DNA of 63,999 nt, filler included, from Jimgerdemannia flammicorona (taxonomy: Eukaryota): the NCBI GenBank assembly GCA_003990765.1. It is 3 parts of 3 records of this genome, joined end to end, with 100 filler letters (N's around TTAATTAATTAA, not from the genome) between each part and the next. Parts side by side here need not be neighbours in the genome. Positions count along the whole stretch, not along the records: positions 21,442 to 42,776 come from RBNJ01001477.1; 2 more parts are not named here. One strand, 5' to 3'. The stretch's first letter is position 1, and each line of letters starts with the position of its first letter. The notes below the pieces were generated by a model that was not told the origin of the DNA, searched no databases, and saw only the letters and a list, made by a program, of their open reading frames with translations. A program made the translations under genes and the position numbers. Shown piece after piece: positions 26,504-39,352 of the stretch.

Positions 26504-27759
26504 ATGTCCAGCACCAGCCCCCTTACCCTCCTCGTCGTCGTCGTCGCCCTCCTTGCGACCACTATTACCGCGATTCCTTTCTCCTACCCGTATTCCAGCC
26601 CTTACAGCTGTGGGTCATATGCCTCTCGTCTCTACAACTACTATTCCGGCCGTCCCCTCTACATGTGCCCGACGTTTTACCCGACCCCCTACACCGGTGG
26701 CTGCCACACCGGTAGGTGCGCGCCCTATGTGGGTAGCGGTACCGGTGCCGGGCCCATCAATCTGAACAACATGAACAAGGTAGGTGGTGAGATGACCAAA
26801 TTATGGAAAGATTCGTCTTTGCTCGACTATCGTCTCAATCAGCATTTTCGTCACATCAGGTGAACATCGGCCCTGTCCCTGCCCCTGCCAGCCAGGCCAC
26901 CCCAATCGCAGAAGACACGACGACCGGTGCCGCCCCGGCCACAACGGACGAAGCCTCAATGGCCGCGCAGTCCGAGGAGGAGAGCACCGGTCTCGGGAAG
27001 CTGCAGAAGCGTTGCTACAAGTGTATAGCCTACAAGATGCGCAAGGTCGTCTATGCGTTGCCGTCGTGCATGGGATTCCGGAGCGGCGCTTGCCCTTACT
27101 CGCGCAAGACGATCGCTCCCGTCGCGGTGCCGTATGCTGTACCGGCGTCGAATAACATCATGATCAACGATCGCAACAAGGGTGTGTAATTACAATGTAT
27201 CTTTTCTTTCCAGTTTGAGGCTCGTAGCTTAAGTGTTTCTGACCCCACCTTTCTCAAATCCGATAATCCAGTCGTCGTGAACATGCCCGCCGCGCAGCCC
27301 CAGCGCCAGTATATCCAGGTGAACGTGCCCACCCAGCATGCCGCTCCGGCTCCCATCTACATGGCCCCGCTGCAACCCGTGATCCTCACTGTCACCCAGA
27401 CGCTGCCGTCCGCCCCCACCCCTACCCCCACTCCGGTTGTCCCGGTGCAGACGGAGGTGTCGGTTCCCACCGAGACCACGATGCACGACGCCGAGCCTTC
27501 CGCGATTCCATACTTTGAGACGACTCAACCCGCCCCTGCAACCGAGACAGCCGAGACTTCCGCTATTCCGTACCAACCCGCCTCCGTAATACAGACGGTG
27601 GAGATGCCGGCTTCGACCGTTACCATGATGATACCCACATTCCCAGCGCCGCAAGTCTCCGTCATCGTTATCCCCGCGCCAGGAGCTACGCACTGCGCCG
27701 GGTGTTTGGAGGCGGCGCCCTGCGACATGAAGATGGGGTCATGTGTGTCAGCCTACTAG
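26504..27759 (+). CDS. Secreted modular Cys/Tyr/Pro-rich protein with Kex2 site, ~361 aa; exons 26504-26779, 26860-27181, 27272-27759
   Basis: Signal peptide MSSTSPLTLLVVVVALLATTITA; two GT-AG introns join three ORFs in frame (1086 nt); acidic spacer ending KLQKR; three 4-Cys modules; Pro/Thr-rich stalk. Confidence 0.85.
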
Positions 27760-28903
27760 AGCGGCGTGATTGCTAACAAATGAAATCCTTGTTACTTCTC
27801 ATCATGGCGCCGTCGCGTAGAGTAAATGTCAATCGTAAACGCAATACATAATAAACGGATCGGAAATTACACAGATGGATAGGAATTTGTGGAGATATCA
27901 CTGGTGCGCTAAAGAATGCGATGGCCCGAAAACAATATCCGCAACGTATTTCTAACACCCAAGCATAAGAGAGCGGCTCGTCCTTGCTCAACGGACTCCC
28001 AATTAGCTTTGCTTGCAACAAGACTGGCCCCCAGTCTACTCCCGTACAGTGTGAGAAACTGGGCTGAAGGGAAAAGGCATGCTTGCATACGGCCGGTCCA
28101 CATGCATCATGTTTAATTTCGTATCCACGACGAGTGACGTGTGCATGATGTCATCGCCACCAGCGTATATAAAATGCCCGCCTCCTCCGCACTCCCCAAG
28201 CTAGAAGAGGGACCTCCTTCATGGAAGCCAGCTGTTGCAGACAAATTCCAGTTGTGTTCTCAAATTCAATGAGCTGACTTCCTCAGTAGAGATGACATCT
28301 CCCTCCTTTGTAACTCGTAAAAAGACCTCACCACCTGTGTTGCTTCTCTGGCACATTAAACCACCTCCATCCTTATTAACAAGAGTTCGCCATCGCACCT
28401 TCACTTCATTTCTGTGCTTTGAATCGGATTGCCTTTATTATCTGCGCCTGAGGCCTTCCATACCCAAGACTCGTTCCATGTATCGTTAGGTGGTCATCGC
28501 TCTATACCAGGGGGATGAGCCAGGTTCGCTCGCAATCATGTGCTGACCTTCCTCTCTCCCGATCCGGCTACCGAACCAACCGCATCCTTCATTCGTCCTC
28601 GTAGGTATGGCACCGCGTGGCATCAGCCGCGACGACAGCCTTATCGCATGTACGGTAAATACTGGTAGGGATCTCAAATCCTGGGTAAGAGGGTTAAGTG
28701 AGGGGATAAACAATGTCATTCGGATTGGGCCTTTTATCGCGATACGATGGTATGGGGATGGGACCAGTTTAGGAATGGTGTATCCGTCTCGGACATCAAA
28801 AACTCCAAGTATAACGATACCATTAAGTGCTTCAAATGACTCTATTAATGACGAAATTCGAATAGGCATTACTGTGCGAGTTCATATACAACCGTACCAC
28901 TCC

Positions 28904-30716
28904 CTACTTATCCTCTTCCTCCGCACCTTCATCACCATCTTCCTCCTCCTCCTCCTCCTCCTCCTCCTCCTCCTCCGCCTCCTCCGCCGCGCCTTTCAGA
29001 TTGAACCCCAGCGTGACGGCCACACATGTGAGCCTGCTGCCGGTATTATACTCGGTCAGGGGATCGCAGTCCTCGCCCCCTGCAGTGATGGCGGCATCCA
29101 GGTCCCAGACCTTGATGGCGCCGTCGGATGAGATGGAAATCAGGATGGCGTATGGCGTAGTGGTATGGCGGGGTGTGGAATGGATAATGTCAAAGGATTT
29201 TATTCTGGGGGACGGTTCCGGGAGAGGAGGATATGTTCGATTAGGCTAGGCTTGGCGTTATTGGGTCTTATTGAAAATAAATTAAACTCAAAAGACACAT
29301 CCTCTCCCCACCTATTCTTATGCCCCTTCAAGCTCGCAATGCATTCGCCCTTCTCCGTGTCCCATATCCTTACGACTCTGTCCTCGCTGCCCGTGACCAG
29401 GAACTCGCGACCGTCGGCGTCGCGCCTGTAGTACTGCATCGACAAAAATCGAGATTTGAGTTGGATGGTCTTGCGGATCTTGGCGTCCTGCGGGATGGAT
29501 TGAGAAGGATTAGGATCAGATTGCAAGTAAGAATACACGATGACGAAGATGTATTATGTTGGCATTGTGAGATTACCTCCACGTTGTAGATGGACACATC
29601 GCGATCAAACATGATAGCGTACTGGTCCCCCGCCGTGTTCCATACAACCAACTCGCCCTCTAAACAAACATCGCGCCGACTTTAGGATCACATCCCACAA
29701 CGGAACATCATAAAGCCCATTTAACATTTTCAATGCATGAATCTTCACCATGCGAAATCCCGAAAAGGCAGACGCCACGCACCTTTGGTTAGCTTATTCA
29801 CGCTCGCTTTCCGCCCCGTCATCAGGTTCCAAAGTCGCACTGTCTTGTCCGCGGACACCGAGAGCGCAATCTTGCCCGTAGGGTGGACCGCCACGGAATT
29901 GACACGAGCCCTGCACGTCGCAAAGTAATCCCAAAATAATAAGATCTTTGCACAAGAAACCAACTCCAAAATTGCCATGATCAAAAAACAAATCCCGAAA
30001 ACATACGTATGCCCCTTCATCGTTTTCAAGCACTCCCAATCCTTAGATCTCCAGATGCACAAAGCGCCGTCGTCGCTCGCCGATAACATGTGCGATTTTC
30101 CGTAGAACCTGAGGCACGTGATTGAGCCCTGGTGTTGGCCGAGCAGGAAGCCGAGCTCCTTGCGGCGTTTGACGTCGTAGAGCCTGCGAATTGAATCGAT
30201 GACGAACACCGTCAAAAACAAAGCAGGCATCGTGATGAGGTCCAGCGATGTGGAGGTACACACTTTATGATCTCGTCCGTGCTGCCAGAGGCCAGAAACG
30301 GCCCGCCAATGGCGACAGTCTTGATGCACCCGCTATGCGCCGGGAAGATGAAGATAGGCTCCAGTCTCAGCTTGGGGGTGACCTGTATGTATCACGACAA
30401 GCAGAGTGGTGCGAGTTTCAGTGGGATTCCTTCGACAATAGCCCCAGCCCAGCCTATAGCGACCAATACATACGCTCTCACCCTCTGGCTTCTCCCAGTA
30501 CGCATCTATTCCGTACAAGATCCTCTCATAGCACCCGACGACGATGCGGAAGTCCTCGTCGGTGACTTTCTTGGTCAGGCTCTTTGTCGGGAGGATGCTG
30601 TCCAGGAGCGAGTTCGGCCCCTTGGCAACCTTCTTTGCCGCGCGGGCATCATCACTCGACGGTTTGGGGGTCTCGGTCGTTGACTCGAAACGTGCGCGCT
30701 TTTTGGAGTTGGACAT
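28904..30716 (-). CDS. MAK11: WD40 60S ribosome biogenesis factor Mak11/PAK1IP1-like (multi-exon)
   Basis: IVVGCYERILYG, FIFPAHSGCIK, LASGSTDEIIKLYD, WRSKDWECLKTMKGH, VHPTGKIALSVSADKTVRLWNLMTGR, LKGHKNR; acidic C-terminal tail ending EEEDK*; GT-AG introns. Confidence 0.92.
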
Positions 30717-30927
30717 TGGCGAATGGAGGACTTACTAGACACCAAAAAAGAAAAATAATTCTTGTGACTGCTACTTACAATATCACGTGGTGCTCGCAGC
30801 CTATGCCATCATTGTTTGAGACAGCCAAAACTATTCGATAACAATTTTTTGTCGGTTGTCCGATAATTCGTTATTTATTTATTTATTTATTTTGAGGGGG
30901 CCCCGTCGAGGCCATAGAACACAACTA

Positions 30928-33677
30928 TTAGTCATCGTCGGCGGTGATATCACCGTATTCGAACAGGTTCAACTGCAAGAGGGAAGAAAGAGGTATGAGT
31001 AACAACAAAGACGATTAATTTGTAGACTCGCGATTTCCATAATATCCGCCTTCATCACAAACCACCAAGGCCTATAAGAAACCACCAACATACCCTGTCC
31101 TCCTTAGCTGCCGCCAGGGCTTCCTGAAGTTTCTTCAAGGTGTTCTGATTTCCTTTGGCGTAGCGCACCTTAGCGTTGACGGTGGCCAGACCGTCTCGTA
31201 CCATGTCCGCGTTGATGCTGGCCTCCGGGGTCTGCGACTGCGCGGGATCGTACAGGGTGAGCGAGAGGACACCCTTGTCGCGGTAGTCAACATTGGCCAC
31301 CAGCTGTTTGCCTCCGATCAGCTCCTGGAGCCGCTCGTACGCTTCCTGCCCATAGTCATCCTGTTGGGTGGGAAGTAGGCAAGTAGTGGAGTATAAGCCG
31401 ATGTAATACCGTGATCGAGAAGTCAAGATGTAATAGCAGCGGAATTGATTGGGAAGGTTTCGTACCTCACGGGCGGGAACCTTCAGGAATGAAAGGGTGG
31501 CCTCCTGTGCTTGATGCGGCAACTGGTTGAATGTCGATGTGATCGGCCGGATTTGCGTCAACGGGATCACCTCCGACTATCACAAAACAAAATGCATTGT
31601 ACCGTGAGCCAGGCGAATAATCAGAGTCCAAGTTATTATTGCTCTCGAATCATAGTCGTCACAACAACAGCGAAGAAAAACGATGCACAGCTCCCATTCG
31701 ATACGTACATTACCGTAGTCGACGTAAATGACCTCGACCGACTTGATATCCGGCAGCTGTTTGCGGATCTTCGCGCGGTACCATTGCTTGTCTTCGGTGA
31801 ACCTAGCGCTAACGATCTCGTTGGTCTTTGGCTTGAAGTCAGCGGGGCTTTGTTGCGCGCCCGAATGGTGGATCGAAAATTCCGCCATCATTTTTTCGAG
31901 TTTGTGGACGTCTAGGTCGCAAGGGTGTTTTTTTTTTTTTTAAAAAAAAAAAAAAACCCCCTCGTCAGTTCGAGGATACAGGTAGACTCGCCACGTAACA
32001 ACACCTCATAGCGAGCCTGCCCATCCGCAGATTTCCAGCCACCAAGTGTAAACTACTCACTTTCATTCACGATCTGCACATAGAACCTGCCACCATCTAT
32101 GATCTCGGTAACGACGACGTCGACGTAATCGCGCTTTACCTCACCGGCGCCATCAGCCTGAGCGTCGTCGTCAGCGACATCAATGACCTCCTCGTAGCCA
32201 GCCCAGACGCCCTTCTGGGCGGCCTTTGCGACGCGCTCAGCGGCGTAGAGCTGATTGGTGAAGGTCGACTGCTCGGCGGAGAAGTCGTGGACGGTGGCAT
32301 AGCCAGCCTCAAGTAGGGAAACGGCAATGTTCTCGTTGTGCACAAACAACGAGCCAATGAAGCTGCCGTTCTTTTCGACGTTCTCGATCTCGAGTTCCAC
32401 CTTGAATTGGAGCGTAGAATGAGCGTATGTGAGTTAAAGGGATCATAGTCGCGAAATACTGCAATTACGACCTTCAATATACGAAGCCACAAAACAACAG
32501 AAACACCTACATCGCGCTGCAAAGTCTTATGCGTCACAAAGTCCAGCGCCTCTTGGCCAAACGGATCAGACTTCTCCCCTGTACGACCGACGCGTGGGGC
32601 GCGGATACCGCTAAGAACGAGCGCGAGGCGGCAATTCTCCTTCGGGACCCAGACGAAGAATCGAGATCCGTTCGCGACGTAATCGATCACGCCGTTGACG
32701 CGGCCGCCGCGCTTGAAGAACGCCAGGAACTGGCGGGCCTTGACAGCGCTCTAGTGGCGAGAATTCCGCGTGAGGGTGCAGCGTTAGCTTTGTAAACAAA
32801 CCGCGGGAAATAGGAAATGCGGGAAGCCACTTGGCGCTCTCGTTACCTCGGATGCATCGACAATCCTAATTGTCGGCGGCTCCTTGCTGCTGTGGACGCC
32901 TTTGCCTTCCTCCGTCGCCCTAATGCGAGGATCAACGGTGAGTTTCGGATTGGTAGAGAAACCGTCCCAAGGGATGTAAAAAAGAATAAAAAAAAATACA
33001 GTCACATACTTGGTCTCCGCTATCAAAAGCTGATCATACGCCAATGACCGGTTCTCGTCGTCCCTGCGATGCTTGATAACGGTCGCTAGACCGCGTTCCA
33101 CGAGGGCCTCGGCGATGTTGCTAACAACGAGGTGTATTTTTAAGGCAAGAACGATCAACAAACATACTAATGGATACAACTTGAAAACAAACTCGTAACT
33201 TACACTTCGCCAATTTTGACTGTGGCACACTCACGCGACTCGTAACCCTCCGACGGCGGCTTGGTGTAATCGATTGTGACATGGACCTGAAGACACATAA
33301 GTACGCGATATGGCGAAATGTTTGGGCAAATTGAGAATATGTCTTTGATGGCTTTGCATCAAAGTGTAACCATTGTCAAAAACCCGAAAGACGGGCCAAC
33401 CGATAGACGGATACACACGTTCTTCCCGATCAATTTCTTCCTCAGGAACTCGCGCGCCTCCCACTGATACCCGGTCTCCGATTTTCTCTGATTGTCCTTG
33501 TTAACGTCTACGGTCCTGAACGTCATGACACAGATATATACGTCAGTATGACATTGGCTATTTTATGATTACGGTCGCAATGTCAAGTCCTCCGCCACAA
33601 CGCCAAACCATATATTCCTCGTAATCCTCTCACGGCAGCACACACCATATCCGAATAAAGTTATACAAAAGGAAAGG

Positions 33678-33724
<47 letters not shown>

Positions 33725-35544
33725 TGCAAACAACTCACTTGGGCGCCTGCTTGATGCTAGACAGCTGCAACTTCTTCTCGACGCCAGTCTTGGTGTTACG
33801 CACCTGGACGGTATCACCAGAGATGATCTTCGTGACCAGCCCAGAGAATTCCTGATCCTCCGTCTTCTCCTTGGCCACATAGTCTTGCCAGATGTGGAGT
33901 CGCTTCTCCTTGGCAGCACTGCATGCATGACAATCGAGACATACGGGAACATACAGAAACAATCAGCATCGGAAATGCCCACTCATTTCCCACTACAATC
34001 CAAATCCGACTCCTCGTACCTCTCTGCAGCCCTTATCTTGCCTGGCCCCTCGGTTAGCAGCGTGACGGTGTGTCCCGCAACCTTTGCTAATCCCGCAGAT
34101 ACCAAGCTCTCGGCAATGTTTCCGGCGGCGTGGCGTACGGAGCCGATGAAGTTTTCGCGGTCGACCCCTTCGAGGATGATCTGGACCTGGCGCTGGAGCA
34201 GGCGGGACTCGACGAAGGACCTGGCCTCCTCGCCGAAGGGCTCGATCACGTTCTCCTGATTCGAGATGTCCCTGCGGACCATCGGGGCTTTGACACCCGT
34301 CAGGAAGAGCGTGATGTATTGGTGCGTGCGGTTGGAAAGCATCAACAGGACACGGAGCGTCGAGCCGTCGCGGATTTGTTCGACGATGGCTGGGTGGTGG
34401 AGGTTGTGAGATTTGTGAGGGACGTGAATTGTCTAGATAACATTTCCGGATTCAGTCAAGAGAATAATAATTACCATCGATAGGTTTGCCCTTGTGCGTG
34501 TTCAGGAACTCTCTCGCGTCGCCGGACCATGTATAATTTACGGTGCGAATGCCCTAAAATGTGTAAACGAACCCATGGATCAGACATCCATCCACCCATT
34601 TCCCCAACGATCAAGACGCATGCGTAGTCGGGCTTCTCTTCCAAAAACGCCAGCCCCCACCTCTTCCTTGTTCTCCGTCCAGACGCCCTTCTTAGCCGCC
34701 ACGGCCTCAGCCTCAATCTTCTTGAGTGCCTCAACCTCTGCGACGGTCTCCTCGGACGCGTCGCGACGCGTCTCGCGGACCTTGAGCCATCCCTCCTTGA
34801 CGCAAAGCTGCGCGACGTTCTCGTTGTTAATAAAGATTGAGCCGTACTCGCGATTGGAGATCGTGTACTCGGGCTTGAACGACACCTCTTTGCCCACCAA
34901 GAGTTTGCGAATGTAGTCGCGCGCGGCGAAGGCGAAGGGCTGCGAAAGAGTATGGGACGGGGTGGTGAGTGAGTGCGGCGAGGATTGGTGTGGATCGGGG
35001 TGCGATTAATGTAATTAGGTCCCGTGCATGGGGTTCTAGTAGGGGTGGCCTACTTGGATGGATTTGGTTGATGCCAAAGGTTTATCGCGCCATGCTCTGT
35101 ATTCGTGGGTGGGAGCATGCTCAATTGGTTTCGGTGCTTTCTTCAACCCTCACAGCAACAGATCTTTTCGTGTATAATTCCAGTGAAACGTCGAAACCAG
35201 CCGTGCACAGATACTCTAGATTCGGCCGATCCGTGTGCACCAGACGGCCCAGATCTTCCCAACACACTCCTCCAATTTTACGCGGCGGCGACTGCGTTGC
35301 AACGTACACTTCGTCCGTCGAAAGCAGCAGCCAATGTGACGTTTCACCTTGCCAACCAACTCCACTCGCTATTCGAATGTTGACATGTTACCTCGTCTTC
35401 CTTTTCCCTGTTACCCAGCCTCGGGGCCTGGACATTGCTCAGAGCCAGCAGACGCTCTGCAGGCGGGCCGGTTTGGCGCACCTTCCTCAGGATAACGGTA
35501 TCGCCGGAGAGGACGCTCTTGACGGCGGCTTTGTTCTGGGCCAT
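30928..35544 (-). CDS. SND1: Tudor staphylococcal nuclease (SND1/Tudor-SN), multi-exon
   Basis: MAQNKAAVKSVLSGDTVIL, repeated SNase domains (PFAFAAR, EPFGEEAR, DPFGQEA, NIAEALVERGLA), Tudor SARFTEDKQWYRAK...VIYVDYGN, C-terminus LFEYGDITADDD*. Confidence 0.95.
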
Positions 35545-35992
35545 GGTTGAGAGAATTGAAGGAGGGTTGAGGCTGGGGACTTTGACGGGGTTTTGTGGCT
35601 GCTGGTGCTGGATCGCGTCTATTGGGCGCCGGGGGAAAGTGACTTTTTTACCCCGCACACTTATTGGGCTATATAATGTTCAAATGTTCCTTATGTGAAT
35701 AAGTGGCTTTGAAACTAACAGTCCTCATTTGCATCATTGAATTCAATCAATCTTTTTAGAGAACTGCAATGTATGCTGACCCACACGTTGAGAAAAGGCC
35801 TACCCAATATGTGGTGGTTGACCGGTGGAATGTTTTCATTTTTTATACATTTCAACGCGCTACGCAGCTGTGTACAGACACCACTTTTCAAGTAGAACAA
35901 AAAAGAAATCATGTAACGGAAACGATAGCTGTCGATAACTCCATTGAAAACCCAACAGCCAGCTTCGATGATAGCAGCGCGATGTAATCACT

Positions 35993-37422
35993 TTAGCCGT
36001 TGATAACATCACCACCGTTCGGATGGAGAACCTACCAGGCGATTTTCGGTGTATGAACAAGATATAAGAACCCTGTAAACATAGCACAGAACGACGTTCG
36101 TCAGTCCGCGTACCTGCCCCGTGAAGTAGGAGGAATCCGTGCTCGCCAGGAAAACGTAGCTCGGGCCACACTCGGCAGGCTGACCCACGCGACCTATGGT
36201 TGTGACATTTGAGGTTAGCGAAATGGAGCAATGTAGACAGATTCATAAAGTAAAGGGACCATGTTCAATATGTTTATACGTCACCAAGGGGCACCTTCCC
36301 ATCGCCGAAGCCTTCGACCTCCTTATCGTCACGCGAAGCAACCTGAAGAGGAGTCCAGATGGGGCCTGGGGCGACAGCTTCATCGATTTGAGGTAACATA
36401 TAAGAAACCACAAGATAGGCCCATCCCAAAGCAATAAACATAGCGAAACGCACCGTTGACACGGATCCCTTTGCTAGCCACCTGCAGAGCAAGCGACCTG
36501 GTAAACGAGACGATGGCACCCTTGGTGGCGCTGTAGTCGAGTAGGCTGGGCGAACCGCGGTAGGCCGTCACGCTGGTAGTGTTGATGATGGACGCGCCCT
36601 GGTAGAAATCGTCAAAAGTTGAGAAGTATTCGGTGTCTAGATTGTAATGTAGCCCGAAACCGCTTGCTTACAAACCTTGCGCATGTGTGGGAGTGTGTGC
36701 TTGACAAGGTAAAACATGCTGAAGACATTGATGCGGAAGGTGTGCTCGATTTGGTCGGCCTTGATATCGGTGACGTCTTTGGTAATATGTTGCTGGAGAG
36801 CGATTACACAAACTAAGCTTAATATCGTTGCATATGTTGCATTCTTCCACAACAATTTCCACAAACCCACCCACCTCGGCAGCATTATTCACCAATATGT
36901 CAATGACATCTCTCTTGGATTCCTCGAGGACGTGCTTTACGACTCTCTGGCATTCCTCCTCGGTTCCGAAGCGATGATAGTCGACAGGGACGGGGAAGCA
37001 CCGACGACCCTCACGCTCTACCATCTTCGCTGTTTCCTTGGCGTCCACCTCCTCGCGGTCCTTGACGTAGGTGAGAGCGACATCAGCGCCCTCCTTTGCG
37101 TACATGACGCAGACGGCGCGGCCGATACCCGAGCTACATACAAAAAGGGGTGGCGGGGCCTCAGTAAAGAGGATGTGCCGGAAAAAAAGGAAAAAAAGGA
37201 AAAGAAACCGCACTCGCCGCCAGTCACAATCGCGAGCTTCCCCTGAAGCTTTCCGGCGGCCTTATAGGCTTCCAGAGTCGGTGCATCCTCAAGAGATTCG
37301 AGCTTGCTGACGACGGGACGCGGTTTCATCTCATGTTCCAAGCCGGGTTGCGGACGCTGGACCTGGGCTGGGATGTCCTTGCCGACTGGGAAGCTGGTAT
37401 CTTTGTCAGAGGGTTGGGACAT
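35993..37422 (-). CDS. Short-chain dehydrogenase/reductase, glucose/ribitol dehydrogenase-like (YhdF/YghA type), multi-exon
   Basis: [13 protein letters not shown]-terminus, spliced [23 protein letters not shown], catalytic [20 protein letters not shown]-terminus [11 protein letters not shown]. Confidence 0.92.
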
Positions 37423-39352
37423 GTTGGATTTTGTCTAGATAGGGTGTGAATGTGAATAGTGAAGGTAGTTCGGCCTCCGCAGAGCAGAACGAGAGGGGGA
37501 GAAGGGGGGTTGTTTGACCCGTTTCTTCTAGTTTCTTCTGGTCTACCCACTCGCAGCCGATGATGTCAATTTGGGTCTTTGGTAGTAGCGCCCGCTTCTT
37601 GCATAACTCGCCGAGGGCTACGGGCGCCCATCATTCCATCACATTATCAAAATGTGGTTCAGATGGGCGCACTGTCCATCACATACGGCGCGTAAGTGTG
37701 CCATCAATTCACACGTGGTTGGCGAACCTGGCTTGCCTCAGTAGGGTGACCCTTGATAAGATTGGGAAAGGTTCTAAAGTCCCCTACCATGTTGCCAGGC
37801 CCAAACCTCACTGTTAACGCAATAACATACACAGAACGCTGAATATTACGGATGTGTGAAACATTGCATCTGTACATAATCGGCGCAGTGAGCGAGTTAT
37901 GGGATGCTGTGTGTGCTATTATCTAATCCAGATTCACACACGTCACATTTCCACCTTTTCGGCCACTCAGACTGCTACTATACTTTGATGCAGAGAGAGC
38001 CACCGTCTCGCCCATTCTGTGGTAGACAGGGATCGGTAGTCGGGAAGATCGTCAGGATTAGACGAACCGCGCCACGGCTGGAGTGTAACAGTTCTCTCGC
38101 TGCCAAGTCGGGCTTCCCATTTTATTTATTCTCCCTCTTTCTTGTCATATCCTTGTTGAAAATGAACGATGATTGCCTCTTTTCTTTTGGTGTCTCTCGA
38201 CGCCGCGTCACAAATCGGATCGGAATCGGCCCTTGCCCACGTAGGGGAGGGAGGAGGGGGTGATTTATTTTGTCGGAGCCGAGAGGAAGAACAGGAGGAC
38301 GTGTACCTCACCTCGGCTGTGGGAAACGTTGAGTTGGGCGTGAGAAAGGCTTGGGGATGGCTCGGATTCTCTCAAATCGACTTGGACAGAATCTGGGGGT
38401 ATTTCACGTCGTGAGTCGAACGTGGGTGTCTTTGAAAGAGTTGTGGGGTGTAGTATATGCAGGGAGTGGGATGTTGTTAAGCAATATATGCGTATATACC
38501 TGTTTCACGAGCCAACGAGCCACCGTGCATCTGGTTGCGTAAATTAGATTATTGTGCGATGTTAGGAGCCTTTTTGGTCAGGATACTACTGTACATATAT
38601 ACTTCATGCGTTTTCGCGACAACTCGATAGAACAAAATGATGCAGGCGGCCAGAGTATAGATTATTGATGCATGTAGATACTCATGCTAATTATGAAGGT
38701 GGTGAAGCCTTGTCTGCCATTCCTTCCCAAGAAGAGATAGAGAAATGTTATTGGGTACCTACAATGATGTGGTGATGATTGTTGCTGTATCCGATGATTT
38801 CACGACGATCCGTTTGTTTGCAGAATGAGGGCTACAAAGTTCTGTTCAATGTATCAATCAGGTGAGACATGGTATGGCATCATGATGAGAGTTGTGGGTC
38901 TGGTCTAACTAAGCACACTTGAGAGAGTTCAATTCGATCACGTGGACAGACACGGCGATGACGGAGTGGCAACATACACAACACAGAGGGCCAAGAGTGG
39001 TGAAAGGGAGTGAGTGAAATTTTGGGGATGATGCTCAAATGTTTATGGGACATGGTCGTCATGCAGTGTTTCGTCATCGGCAATTTTCTGCCGTACTCCA
39101 CTTGTCGACCACGCTCGCACTCGCTCTTCTTGCTGACTGACACCCAAAAAAAAATACCTGGTCTCTTGTGAATTCCAAGCCAATCCATAAGCAGCTTGTC
39201 GCCCCCTCCCCCTTCCCGAACGAAATTGTTGGCCGTACCCTCCAGCACAAAACACCATTTCTAAGCCTCTACCCTGAGCTCGTCAGCAACACTTGCACCC
39301 ACATTCACTCCAACAATTACATCACACCTACCTAGCGCCCGCCCGCCCCATA

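Noticed and set aside
27760..28900. TATA-like motif (~28165) and short ORFs between the secreted gene and MAK11
   Set aside because: No convincing coding signal or splice model; a small gene cannot be excluded without RNA data.
30928..35544. Tudor-SN as part of an anti-transposon defence cluster
   Set aside because: Conserved housekeeping gene; neighbours are functionally unrelated and no other silencing gene is present.
35993..37422. Bacterial-like SDR as a recent horizontal transfer
   Set aside because: It has several canonical introns and host-like composition, and this subfamily is widespread in fungi and plants.
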